Below are positions 47,994 through 56,676 of a stretch of 64,000 nt of DNA, in pieces (position 1 is the stretch's first letter; each line of letters begins with the position of its first letter). The DNA is from an uncultured Gemmatimonadaceae bacterium. Its GTDB lineage: Bacteria > Gemmatimonadota > Gemmatimonadetes > Gemmatimonadales > Gemmatimonadaceae. The stretch covers positions 64,001-128,000 of the forward strand of contig CAVXGK010000001.1 of NCBI GenBank assembly GCA_963761305.1, read 5' to 3'. The notes under the pieces were generated by a model. That model was not told where the DNA came from. It was given only the letters and a program-made list of their open reading frames with translations, and did not search any database. The position numbers were made by a program, and so were the translations under genes.

Positions 47994-48449
47994 GATGACC
48001 TCTCCTCACGATCGGTGTAGGATTCAGACTGCGACGGCCGCCATCACTGCGTGGCGGGCCGTTTGCTTTGGAGCGAATGAGCGAGCGCCCTGTTAGGCGA
48101 TCGAGACCAGGCGCCTCCGTGATGGAGGCGATCGCTCCCGCCTCGCCGAGCGATGCAATTCGCGCTAGGAGTTAGCTGACTCGGTCCACGTTCGGAAGGT
48201 GACGCGCGTAACGGCTGCGTCGAGGTTCAAGATTAGAAGCGTCTAATCTTCGACTTCGCAGGCTGCACTCGTCGAAGCCGTTGTTCGCTGCCGCGGATCT
48301 GCGACACCCGAGCTAGCTTCCTTTGCATCCGCGGTCAGACTGAAAGCGAACGACGTTCCTGACGACTCGCGATTCTCGGCGGAGGACGCGTCGCGATGAA
48401 ACTGATGAGCACGTTCAGGTCGAACTTGAAGCAACCGAGGCGGTAGAAC

Positions 48450-48710
48450 ATGCAAAAGAAAATCGTGGCCGTAGACGCTGAGGCCGGACCGGTGACGATC
48501 GCGCTGCGCGACGCGCACCAGCAGCACCACGACTTGAAGTACGGCGTGGAAACGTTGGCATCGCCCGGAGTGCCAGGGTGGCAGCGCGTTACCCTGCGCG
48601 CAGATGCCCCTGAGACGCTCCGCGAGGTGATCGACCTACTCGCTCAGCGATTCGGCGACGCGAAGGTCGACGAAACAATGGCCGCGTTCGCCAAGGGCCA
48701 AAGCCCGTGA
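48450..48710 (+). CDS. Small hypothetical protein (86 aa)
   Basis: GAGG RBS, plausible codon bias. Confidence 0.55.
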   Translation: MQKKIVAVDAEAGPVTIALRDAHQQHHDLKYGVETLASPGVPGWQRVTLRADAPETLREVIDLLAQRFGDAKVDETMAAFAKGQSP

Positions 48711-48774
48711 GCGTGCAAAGAACTGGAGTCGCGGCTATCCTGCCCTGCTACTCGGGACGGCGTTCAACGGTTGG

Positions 48775-49893
48775 CTACTGCCTGGGCAGATGCACGGTGA
48801 AGATCGTGCCCTTCTCAGCCGAGGAGCTGGCGTCGATCGTTCCACCGTGCGCCTTCACGATCTCGCCCGCGATGTAGAGACCGAGTCCGAGATGGTCGCC
48901 GCCGGCGCGGTCCGAGTCGCTCTGTCCCGTCGCACCGAGAATCTGCTCCAGCTTCCCGCGGGGAATGGGCGGCCCTTGGTTTTGGATCGAGATCACGACC
49001 TCCTTCGCCATGCCTTGCGCGGCGACGTTGATCGGCTTCCCACTCGGCCCGTGGTGCACGGCGTTCGCAATGAGGTTGGTGAGTGCCTGGGCCAGTCGAG
49101 TGGCGTCCCAGTCTCCGTGCAACTCGCCGCTCGCGCCCACATTCACGTGAGCATGCGGGTGCGACGCTCGGATCTCGTCGACGACGTCGCTCACGAGCCG
49201 CCCGAGATCCGTCTCGGCGCGCACGATCGGAATTCCCTGCCCGAACTGGCCGCGCGCGAAATCGAGAACGTCGCCGACCATCTGATTCATTCGCTCGGCG
49301 CTCTTCAGAATCATCTTGATGTGGCCGAGTGTCGGCTCGCGAGGCTCGGTAGTTTCCAGTATCAAGCCGGCGGTCATCGAGACGGCGCTCAGCGGTGTCC
49401 GCAGATCGTGGCCGAGTATGGCGAGAAATCGATCTTTCGAGTGACCGAGCTCGCGCGTATAGCGCGTGATGGACTCGGCGATCGCCTGATCGATGGCTTC
49501 GTGGAACTTCGCCATCTCGTCGAGATCCGCGCGAGTAATGTCGCGCTGCTTTTCGGTCCAGAGTCGGATGACCGTCGCGCGAAGCGCGCGAAACTCGGCC
49601 ACCATCTCGCCGACGGTGAAGCCGCGCTCCGCGCGAGCGGCACCGTGGCTCTGGGCGGCGGCTGACGCCTCGTCGCCGGTGTCTGTCTTTCCCTTGGCTT
49701 CTTGAGCTTGTTCCTGCTGTGGCTTCGGCCGCTCGAGCTCGCGGGCGATGCTCTCGAGCATTCCCGCGGCATGGTCGCGGAGGGCCGAGATGTCCATGGA
49801 GGCGCCCGCGGGCAGGCTCGCGGCGAACGTCTCCCACTCCGAGAGGATGTGGTCGGTGTTCTCCCGGATGAATTCAGCCAGTCTCGACATCAT
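48775..49893 (-). CDS. Cytoplasmic histidine kinase with RsbRD_N-like sensor
   Basis: RLAEFIRENTDHILSEWE, EFRALR, GHDLRTPL, NLIANA, GLGLYI. Confidence 0.92.
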   Translation of the reverse strand: MMSRLAEFIRENTDHILSEWETFAASLPAGASMDISALRDHAAGMLESIARELERPKPQQEQAQEAKGKTDTGDEASAAAQSHGAARAERGFTVGEMVAEFRALRATVIRLWTEKQRDITRADLDEMAKFHEAIDQAIAESITRYTRELGHSKDRFLAILGHDLRTPLSAVSMTAGLILETTEPREPTLGHIKMILKSAERMNQMVGDVLDFARGQFGQGIPIVRAETDLGRLVSDVVDEIRASHPHAHVNVGASGELHGDWDATRLAQALTNLIANAVHHGPSGKPINVAAQGMAKEVVISIQNQGPPIPRGKLEQILGATGQSDSDRAGGDHLGLGLYIAGEIVKAHGGTIDASSSAEKGTIFTVHLPRQ

Positions 49894-50054
49894 GTGCGGG
49901 CGGGCGTTTGGTGGTTCGCACTTGGGGCGCGCGTTTCATGCCGAATCGACGATGCTTGCGCGAGGAAGCGCGTCCGCGGTCATGTCGAGCAGATCGTCCC
50001 TATCTTGCAGCTAGGTACGACCGAGTAAGAACGCGCGCATCAGATCGGTAGCAG

Positions 50055-50104
50055 CTTGAAGACCGGCGTCCGAAAGGACCGGGAGGTTCCAATGCCTCCG
50101 TTGG
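50055..50104 (+). repeat. Degenerate third copy of tRNA-Ser(TGA) 3' half (old att site)
   Basis: CTTGAAgACCGGCGTCCGaAAGGACcgGGaGGTTCcAATg--CCTCCGTTGG aligns to 34977-35032, starting at the same base as copy 2. Confidence 0.8.
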
Positions 50105-51036
50105 CGTCCGAGCAGGCCAAGCGGTTCCGCCAAGCGTTCGATGTCGACGCACGACATCGCGCGTGGCCCGAGCTGTTGATTGCGGGTGCACTCACCGCGG
50201 CCGTGTTCGCGGCGGCGACCGTGTCGATGACGTCGGTGCTGCCATTGGTGAGATCTCACTCCGATCTCGCCGCCGATCGTTCGCGAACGCGCGTCACGTT
50301 TCTGGAAACGCATCGGCCGATTCCGCAAAGGCCGGCACGAACGCCGCGGCCACCGCGCGCGGTTCCGAAAGCGTCTTTACCCGTCAAAGCTCCGCCGGTG
50401 CGCGCGACGACTCCACCGGTGACCACACAGCCGATCGATACGGGGCGCATTGCATTGCGCGCGCGGCTCACCGACATCACTCCTCCGAGCCCGGTCGCGA
50501 GCCCTTCACCATCGCCGACCGCGCCCACCGTCGGCCGAGGAGCGCCGGACGCGCCGGCGGGTCTCACAATGAGCTCGCGAGCCGCTCGCAACTTCGCGAC
50601 GATGACATCGCGCGACTCGGCGTTTGCCGTGCGGGCAAAGGACGCGCACGACCTGGCGCGCTGGCAGGCGATGAGCGTGGCCACCGCCGGCGACATCGCG
50701 CAGAGCCAGCGCGAGGCCAAGCAGCTCGCGCAGCGCGTGGCCACGGCCGGGAATTCCGGCGACGTGCACGTGATGTCCGGCAACGGCAAAGACGGCGTCG
50801 GTGCCGCCGGCGGCGGCGGCCTCGGCGGAAGCATCGGGTTGCCGCTGTTTTCACGCGGACCGTCGCGCGCGCAACGCGTGCGCGACTCGATCACCGACGC
50901 CGACGTCCGCGCCGGACTGGCCGTTTTGGCCGCGCGCATCGCCGCAAAACGCGACTCCATCCGCGCCGATTCGATCCGCGCCGACTCGACGCGCGCCGAC
51001 TCCATCCGCCGGCTCGCCCGGTCGCGAAAGCCATAG
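50092..51036 (+). CDS. Hypothetical membrane-anchored Pro-rich protein
   Basis: One TM, Pro/Thr-rich linker, C-terminal RADSI repeats; ATG preceded by GGGAGG. Confidence 0.65.
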   Translation: MPPLASEQAKRFRQAFDVDARHRAWPELLIAGALTAAVFAAATVSMTSVLPLVRSHSDLAADRSRTRVTFLETHRPIPQRPARTPRPPRAVPKASLPVKAPPVRATTPPVTTQPIDTGRIALRARLTDITPPSPVASPSPSPTAPTVGRGAPDAPAGLTMSSRAARNFATMTSRDSAFAVRAKDAHDLARWQAMSVATAGDIAQSQREAKQLAQRVATAGNSGDVHVMSGNGKDGVGAAGGGGLGGSIGLPLFSRGPSRAQRVRDSITDADVRAGLAVLAARIAAKRDSIRADSIRADSTRADSIRRLARSRKP

Positions 51037-51080
51037 CGCCGATGCGGTGACTCGCGCCCGCCGCGGCTCGTCCCTGCGGT

Positions 51081-51728
51081 ATGGCGTCCATTAAAGAATT
51101 CTCTAGCCGCCTCTATCAAATTGTTACAGTTTGCGCCGTGTTGCCGATCGCGGCCGGCGCGCAAGCGCCCCTCCCGCTCGACACGCTTGCCGTCATCGTC
51201 GGCCCGGGCGTGCGCGGCTCGGTCGGCACACAAAACGTTCGCACGGGCGACCTCGCCGGCGACGACGTGCGGACGCTCACGATCGTCGCGGCACGCGGAA
51301 GCAAGATTCCCTACGCCCTCGCGGCCGACAGCGGCTACGAACGTCCGGTCATCATGCTCGACGATGACTCGGTAGCGATGAACGGAACGATCACCCTCAC
51401 CGGCGACCATGCATTGATCGTCGCCGCGGAGCGCGCGATCACCGTCGGCAGCGCGAATCGCAGGATGTACGAATTGCTCCGGCAACAGCTCACCGCGCGC
51501 GATCCATTCGCGGCGTTCGTCGCCATCGAGTGCGAGACCGAGCGGCTGCTGCGCGTGTTCCCGGACTCAGGTGAGAAACTGATCGACGCGGCCGAGCAGA
51601 AGGCGATCGATCCGGCGCGCGACGCCAAGGCCCTCCGCCGCATCGACGCGGCGCTGGGCGGTCACGCGTTCGGCGGCTGCGTGGAGGATCGGAAGACGTA
51701 TCTGAAAGCGTCGCAGAAGACGCGGTGA
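51081..51728 (+). CDS. Hypothetical secreted protein
   Basis: Signal-like N-terminus, coding bias. Confidence 0.65.
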   Translation: MASIKEFSSRLYQIVTVCAVLPIAAGAQAPLPLDTLAVIVGPGVRGSVGTQNVRTGDLAGDDVRTLTIVAARGSKIPYALAADSGYERPVIMLDDDSVAMNGTITLTGDHALIVAAERAITVGSANRRMYELLRQQLTARDPFAAFVAIECETERLLRVFPDSGEKLIDAAEQKAIDPARDAKALRRIDAALGGHAFGGCVEDRKTYLKASQKTR

Positions 51729-51731
51729 ACG

Positions 51732-54194
51732 TTACGGCTTCTGGTGGAAGCGAATCGTCCAGATCACCAACACGCCGCACGTCGAATTGAGGCCGCTGTA
51801 GCGCGCGGGCGTCTCTGCCGCGCTGGCGTAGTACTCGATGGCTTCGATTTCACTCACCGGAATCGAGTTCACGTCAAAAAGGTCCTCGCCACTTCTCCCG
51901 TTGTACGCCAGGACGTTGTCGACGTACACCTGTGAGTAACACGCCGAAGTAGCGCCAAGATTGTGGCTGTTCGGATCAGGCTGGACCAGACGGGTTCCGC
52001 GCGAGCTCTTGATCCACGATCGAGCTCCCATTTTCGATCGCTCCACCCCCAAGCCTGGGATTGTCTCGAGGACGGAGGCGGTCGACGGGCCGTTTTCGAG
52101 CTTCGCCAAGTCGGCGCGGGTGAGAAAGTGGCCGAGCCCGACACGTCGGTTCTCCTCGAAACTCCACATGATCTTGTCGACCACCGATTCAGTGACGATC
52201 ACCGAATCCAGCGTCACCGCGCGCACCAACTCGAAGCGTCGCCGCACGGCGCGGTCCGCGGCGAACGCGAGGCTCGTGTCGATCGCGCGGTAGCCGATGC
52301 GGCGGACGAGCACATGCTGTTTGCCCGCTGGCACGGCGTCGATCCGAAACTCACCGGCCGCGTCGGTCACAGCGCTCTTGGACAGCTCGGGCAACGATAC
52401 GTCCGCGACGACGATTGGCTTACCCGCCGAGTCGACGACCGTCCCGACGAACGCGGCGGCGTCAGCGTGCGCGATGCGGCCGATGCTGAGCTCAGCGCGT
52501 GCGAAGCGGCCGCCGGGCGGAATGCGCACGACGACGGGCGCGCCACCCGAGTCTCCGGCGGTGAGCGAGATGGATTTGTCGACCGGCACGCCGCAGAGGC
52601 GGAATACGCCGTGTGCATCGGTGCGTGCGTCGAGGAATTGTTCCCGCGTGCTCGCATTCGCGGCATCCTGCGCGCCGAGGGGCATGAAAGCCTGTCTCCA
52701 CGAGGCGGTGACCTTCGCGTTGCGCGGCGCGGCCGAATCGCCGGCCACCGACACGGTGCCGATCACGATGCCCGGCCACTCGAGCTGTCGGCCGCCGCAG
52801 ACGAGCGCGAGAAGCTGCGCCGAGCTCGGCACGCGCACGGCGATCGGCGCCGAGGAGTCGGTGAACGCGATCGGAACCTGACGCACTGCGTTCACCGAAT
52901 CGAGCGACGGCGTACGGACCTCCATCGTGTACTCGCCGAGCAGAACGCCCTGGATCGAGAAGCGGCCGCGCGCGTCGGTCGAGTCGGCGAGCGTCGTTCC
53001 GGCAAGTTTGACTCGCGCGCCCGCGATCGACTTACCCGAGATCGAGTCCGCGACGGTACCCGACAGGGCGACCAGCGGCCGCGTCCACAATGTGTCGGTG
53101 CCCTGACGCGCGAGCGCGAGCTCCCCGCCGGCGACGTGAATCGCCGTCACCTTGAGCTGGTTGCCGCCCAGAGACTGCGAGCGAGCCACCAGCTCGATCA
53201 GCGGCATACGAATGCTCCAATGAGAGATCACCCACGATCCGTTCGCCATGCGGATGAAGCCGGCGTCGCCGCGCGCGTTGTCCTCCTGCTCGGGCAACAC
53301 GTTGGAGTAGCGGAACTCCAGGCTCCGCAGCTCGGCCGTCTTGGCGTCGAGCCAGAGCGTGCCGCGGATCTCCGGCGTCTTGCGGCGGTCGGGCGTCGGC
53401 TCGAATGCCAGCCCGAGGCGACCGCGGTCGACCGTCAAATGGAAGCAATGGTCGTCGACGAACGCCGGGGCGAGCAGCACCTCGAGGCCGGGCGCGTAGT
53501 ACGTCGTCGAGTTGTCGCGGTCGGTGACGACATAGCCCTTCGTGTGAAGCGCCTCCGGCGAAGCCGAGGCCCATGGCTCGCGCACGTAGCCCGAGTGGAC
53601 GGTCGAGGTCTGGGTGCGAACTCGGCGCGCGTCGGGCTCGAGCGTGCGGTCGTACGAGATGACCGTCGTGAAGACGCTGCGCGCGGCGGCGGTGAGCGCC
53701 GCCGCGGTGACGGCGCCTCGTACCTGCTCCCACACGGCGAACGCGGATCCCGAATCGGAGAGCGCGCGACAGGCGTTGCGTTCGGCGACGCGCACCGTGT
53801 CGAGCCCGATGGGAAGCCCAGTGAGGACGATGCGCCGGGTGACGTCGGGGCCGGGCTGCAGCGCGATCGGCGGCGACTCGGTGGGGCGAAACCCAATGCG
53901 CAGCGTGTGCAACCGGTAGTTGCCGGCGGTGCCGGCCACGACGCGAAATTCTCCCTGCGCGTTGGTCAGCGCTCGGGCCGCGACGTGCGACGCGCTGTCG
54001 ACGAGCTGGACGACGACGCCCGGGACCGGCGTCTGCGCACCGTCGACGACGATGCCGCGGATGGACTGCGCCGTGACGGCCGCCGGGAGGGCGGAGAGCG
54101 CAATCGCAAAAATGACGGCAGCCGAAGAACGCACGAGAGTCCTCGGTGGGGCGAGCGTCGACTTTAGGATGCAGCGCCCCTGTCGGGCGCGCAA
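51732..54194 (-). CDS. Carboxypeptidase-regulatory-like repeat protein with C-terminal TonB-plug-like domain
   Basis: Repeated G.V.D..P..G...TD..G.F and RIG(F/Y) motifs; IEAIEYY..CGVLVIWT; start uncertain. Confidence 0.8.
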   Translation of the reverse strand: MRARQGRCILKSTLAPPRTLVRSSAAVIFAIALSALPAAVTAQSIRGIVVDGAQTPVPGVVVQLVDSASHVAARALTNAQGEFRVVAGTAGNYRLHTLRIGFRPTESPPIALQPGPDVTRRIVLTGLPIGLDTVRVAERNACRALSDSGSAFAVWEQVRGAVTAAALTAAARSVFTTVISYDRTLEPDARRVRTQTSTVHSGYVREPWASASPEALHTKGYVVTDRDNSTTYYAPGLEVLLAPAFVDDHCFHLTVDRGRLGLAFEPTPDRRKTPEIRGTLWLDAKTAELRSLEFRYSNVLPEQEDNARGDAGFIRMANGSWVISHWSIRMPLIELVARSQSLGGNQLKVTAIHVAGGELALARQGTDTLWTRPLVALSGTVADSISGKSIAGARVKLAGTTLADSTDARGRFSIQGVLLGEYTMEVRTPSLDSVNAVRQVPIAFTDSSAPIAVRVPSSAQLLALVCGGRQLEWPGIVIGTVSVAGDSAAPRNAKVTASWRQAFMPLGAQDAANASTREQFLDARTDAHGVFRLCGVPVDKSISLTAGDSGGAPVVVRIPPGGRFARAELSIGRIAHADAAAFVGTVVDSAGKPIVVADVSLPELSKSAVTDAAGEFRIDAVPAGKQHVLVRRIGYRAIDTSLAFAADRAVRRRFELVRAVTLDSVIVTESVVDKIMWSFEENRRVGLGHFLTRADLAKLENGPSTASVLETIPGLGVERSKMGARSWIKSSRGTRLVQPDPNSHNLGATSACYSQVYVDNVLAYNGRSGEDLFDVNSIPVSEIEAIEYYASAAETPARYSGLNSTCGVLVIWTIRFHQKP

Positions 54195-54204
54195 CGGCGA
54201 TGGA

Positions 54205-54897
54205 CTAGCTCGCCTTCCCCGGTAGTGCTCGTGTGACTTCGTGAATCAAACGTTGCGCGACAGCGTCGCCCAACGAGTCGGCCGCGGCCAGCGCGGGCTG
54301 GGCATCGGACGCGCTGGCGGTGACGCCGGCCGGCAGCTTGACGGGAATGACGATTCGCACCAGCGCTTCCTCGGTGTGCCCGAGGAGCGTCGCGTCGCGC
54401 AGCAGATTCCACTTCACCTGGTACTCGCTCGCCACGACCCGCCCGCGACCCTGATACCAGTAGTACACGATGTCGGTCGCCGGTCCGTTCTTGAGGACGT
54501 AGTGATTCACGTCGTGTGATGCGCCGTCCACCACGACCGACCGCGTGCCCCCGCGCAGCACTTCCCAACCGGCGCCGGGCAGACAGTTGCGCGGCGAATG
54601 GATCGTCTTGCCCTGCCCTTGCCGGTCGTAGTACGAGACGAGCGTCTGAAAGACCGGGACCGTGTCGCGCCGATACGTGCGGGCGACGTAGTCCGACATG
54701 CCGGCGACCTGCCGCTCCTCGTCGCCGAGGTGCAGATCGACGACCGAGTAGCCGTCGAGGCTCGGGATGATCGAGGTCAGCGGCGCGGCCAGCGACATCT
54801 GCCGCTGGGTGTGCGTCTGCCACACGAAACCGCAGCCGACGAGCAGCACGAGCGCCGGCACGAACGCGCGCCATCCGAGCCCGCTCGGCCTACGCAT
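54205..54897 (-). CDS. epsI: EpsI family exosortase-associated protein
   Basis: VSYY..Q..IHSPRNCLPGAGW, YYWYQ, ALVRI. Confidence 0.9.
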   Translation of the reverse strand: MRRPSGLGWRAFVPALVLLVGCGFVWQTHTQRQMSLAAPLTSIIPSLDGYSVVDLHLGDEERQVAGMSDYVARTYRRDTVPVFQTLVSYYDRQGQGKTIHSPRNCLPGAGWEVLRGGTRSVVVDGASHDVNHYVLKNGPATDIVYYWYQGRGRVVASEYQVKWNLLRDATLLGHTEEALVRIVIPVKLPAGVTASASDAQPALAAADSLGDAVAQRLIHEVTRALPGKAS

Positions 54898-55819
54898 GCT
54901 GCGCCTCCGGCTGCCGTCCGATGCGCTCCGCGAGACCGCCGAGCCACGCCATCAAGCCGAGCACGGACAGCGACACGAGGAAGAGCAGCCATCCTTCGGT
55001 GAGGTGCATGAAGCCCTCGCCGTACGACGGGCTCACGTAGTAGACGAGAAAGCCGGTGAGGAACACGCGCACGCCGTTGACGACGATCGCCACCGGCGCG
55101 GCGAGGAGCACGAGCGCCACGCGCGTGAGCGGACGCTTGAGCACGAGCGCGCTGAGGAGCACGGCCATGCTGAGGAGCGCGGTGAGCGAGCGCAGTCCAC
55201 TGCACGCCTCGGTGACGAACAGCTCGCGTCCGGGCAGTTGGATCACGTTGCCGGCGAGCCGCACCGGCACGTTTCTCATGTGCAGCAACGCGGCGCCCAT
55301 GCGCGACGCCTTGAACTGAAGCGGCATCGCCAGCGCCTGCGTGATCAACTCGGGCAGCGGAATGGAAAGACAGATCAGTGCGAACGGCAGCCACCATCGA
55401 AGGAGCTGCTTGAACCCGAATTCGTAAACGGTGATGCCGGCGAGCGCGATCACCACCGAACCGCGCATCGTGAACAATTCGGCGGCCAGCCCCGAGGCCG
55501 TGCGAACGAGCACCGCGATCAACAGCAGCGTGACGCCGAGCGTGCGATTGGGCTTTGCATCTGGACCGATGCCCGACTTCCACGCCATCCAAACGGCCAC
55601 CGGCGCGAGCAGCAATCCGTGCCCGGCTTCGGGCATCGTCCACCAGTCGCGCGCGAGCAGGTAGATCGGCTTGCCGAAGAGGATCGCGAAAACGACGGCG
55701 GTCGCCGCCCACGGGAGATAAGCAACCGCGCTCGCCGGCGCGGCGCGCTCACCGGCGGCGGGCTGTGCGACGCCGGAAGAAATCGAAGTGGATGAAGCCG
55801 AGGAAAGACCGGTTTCCAA
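54890..55819 (-). CDS. Exosortase (EpsH family)
   Basis: HGLL, EACSGLRSL, NGVR, FMH putative Cys/Arg/His triad; multi-TM; start uncertain. Confidence 0.92.
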   Translation of the reverse strand: METGLSSASSTSISSGVAQPAAGERAAPASAVAYLPWAATAVVFAILFGKPIYLLARDWWTMPEAGHGLLLAPVAVWMAWKSGIGPDAKPNRTLGVTLLLIAVLVRTASGLAAELFTMRGSVVIALAGITVYEFGFKQLLRWWLPFALICLSIPLPELITQALAMPLQFKASRMGAALLHMRNVPVRLAGNVIQLPGRELFVTEACSGLRSLTALLSMAVLLSALVLKRPLTRVALVLLAAPVAIVVNGVRVFLTGFLVYYVSPSYGEGFMHLTEGWLLFLVSLSVLGLMAWLGGLAERIGRQPEAQHA

Positions 55820-55982
55820 TGTTCCAGTTCTCGGGGCTGGGGCGAGCCTGTCTCGAGCAGTCCGAAGGCCCCAAAAACGCGGCGGGGCGCTCGGGCAATA
55901 TACGATTTGGACGAGCGAGCGCCGCCGCCCATTTCGATACACGCCGGACTTCGCGACCGAAAAAAGGGAACAAAAGACCCGC

Positions 55983-56558
55983 TCAGCGGTCTTTGACGCG
56001 CCCCATTGCGTAGCGGAAGGCGAGGATCGCGGCCGCGACGTAGGCGATCTCGTCAGACCCGCCCATGACCGCCGTCCGCACGACAGCCTTTCTGGCGGCC
56101 ATCACCGCCGCGCCGTCGGGGGCGTGCAGCGCGAGCGGCACGTCGAGCGCGAACAGGGCCAGAATCGCCGCCACGGCCATGAACAGGAGGAGAAACAGAA
56201 CCCCCATGAACGTGACTGCCTCGCGTTTGCCTCGTGCCAGAAAGCTGGCGAGCAGGACGATGAGTCCGATCGTGAGCAGCGGCAGCGACGAGATCGTGGC
56301 GGCGGCCGCACCGAACTCCCACTCCCGACTCTGAAACGCGGCGGGGAACCACTGCGTGAGCACGTCGCTCCCACCGAGTACCGCCAGCAGCACGCCGAGC
56401 CAGCCGACCATCTGCCACGCCGTGTTCGGCGCCCCGATGCTGATGGGATCGCGCGCCCTTCGATCCGCCTGGATGACTACGTGGGGGGCAGAGTTGGGCG
56501 GCGTCGTTTCCGGCACACCGCGCCCGCGCTTGAGCTCCGCTTCAGTCGCCACAGACAC
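55983..56558 (-). CDS. Hypothetical 4-TM membrane protein
   Basis: Four hydrophobic segments, WEFG motif. Confidence 0.7.
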   Translation of the reverse strand: MSVATEAELKRGRGVPETTPPNSAPHVVIQADRRARDPISIGAPNTAWQMVGWLGVLLAVLGGSDVLTQWFPAAFQSREWEFGAAAATISSLPLLTIGLIVLLASFLARGKREAVTFMGVLFLLLFMAVAAILALFALDVPLALHAPDGAAVMAARKAVVRTAVMGGSDEIAYVAAAILAFRYAMGRVKDR

Positions 56559-56676
56559 ACACTCCGCCGGTCGGAAACCACCGGCCGATCAACACGCTGG
56601 AAACAACGCGAACGACGAATATGCAAACGCTCTAAACGAACGGCAACAGATTCAGCGGTAACGAAGCGAAACGGAT

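Larger units (their letters stand above)
36439..50104. mobile_element. Genomic island 2 (older, tandem at tRNA-Ser), no integrase seen
   Basis: Lies between att copies 36380-36438 and 50055-50104; accessory genes with visibly more A/T-ending codons than the flanks. Confidence 0.65.

Noticed and set aside
50056..50091. TTG start for the 326-aa ORF (MKTGVRKD...)
   Set aside because: This N-terminus is translated tRNA-remnant sequence; ATG 50092 has an RBS
35029..50104. Prophage, integron or defence island
   Set aside because: No integrase, phage structural, attC-type or recognisable defence genes seen
54205..55819. Dedicated exosortase system with a PEP-CTERM substrate in this window
   Set aside because: No VPEP-TM-basic C-terminus found in neighbouring ORFs
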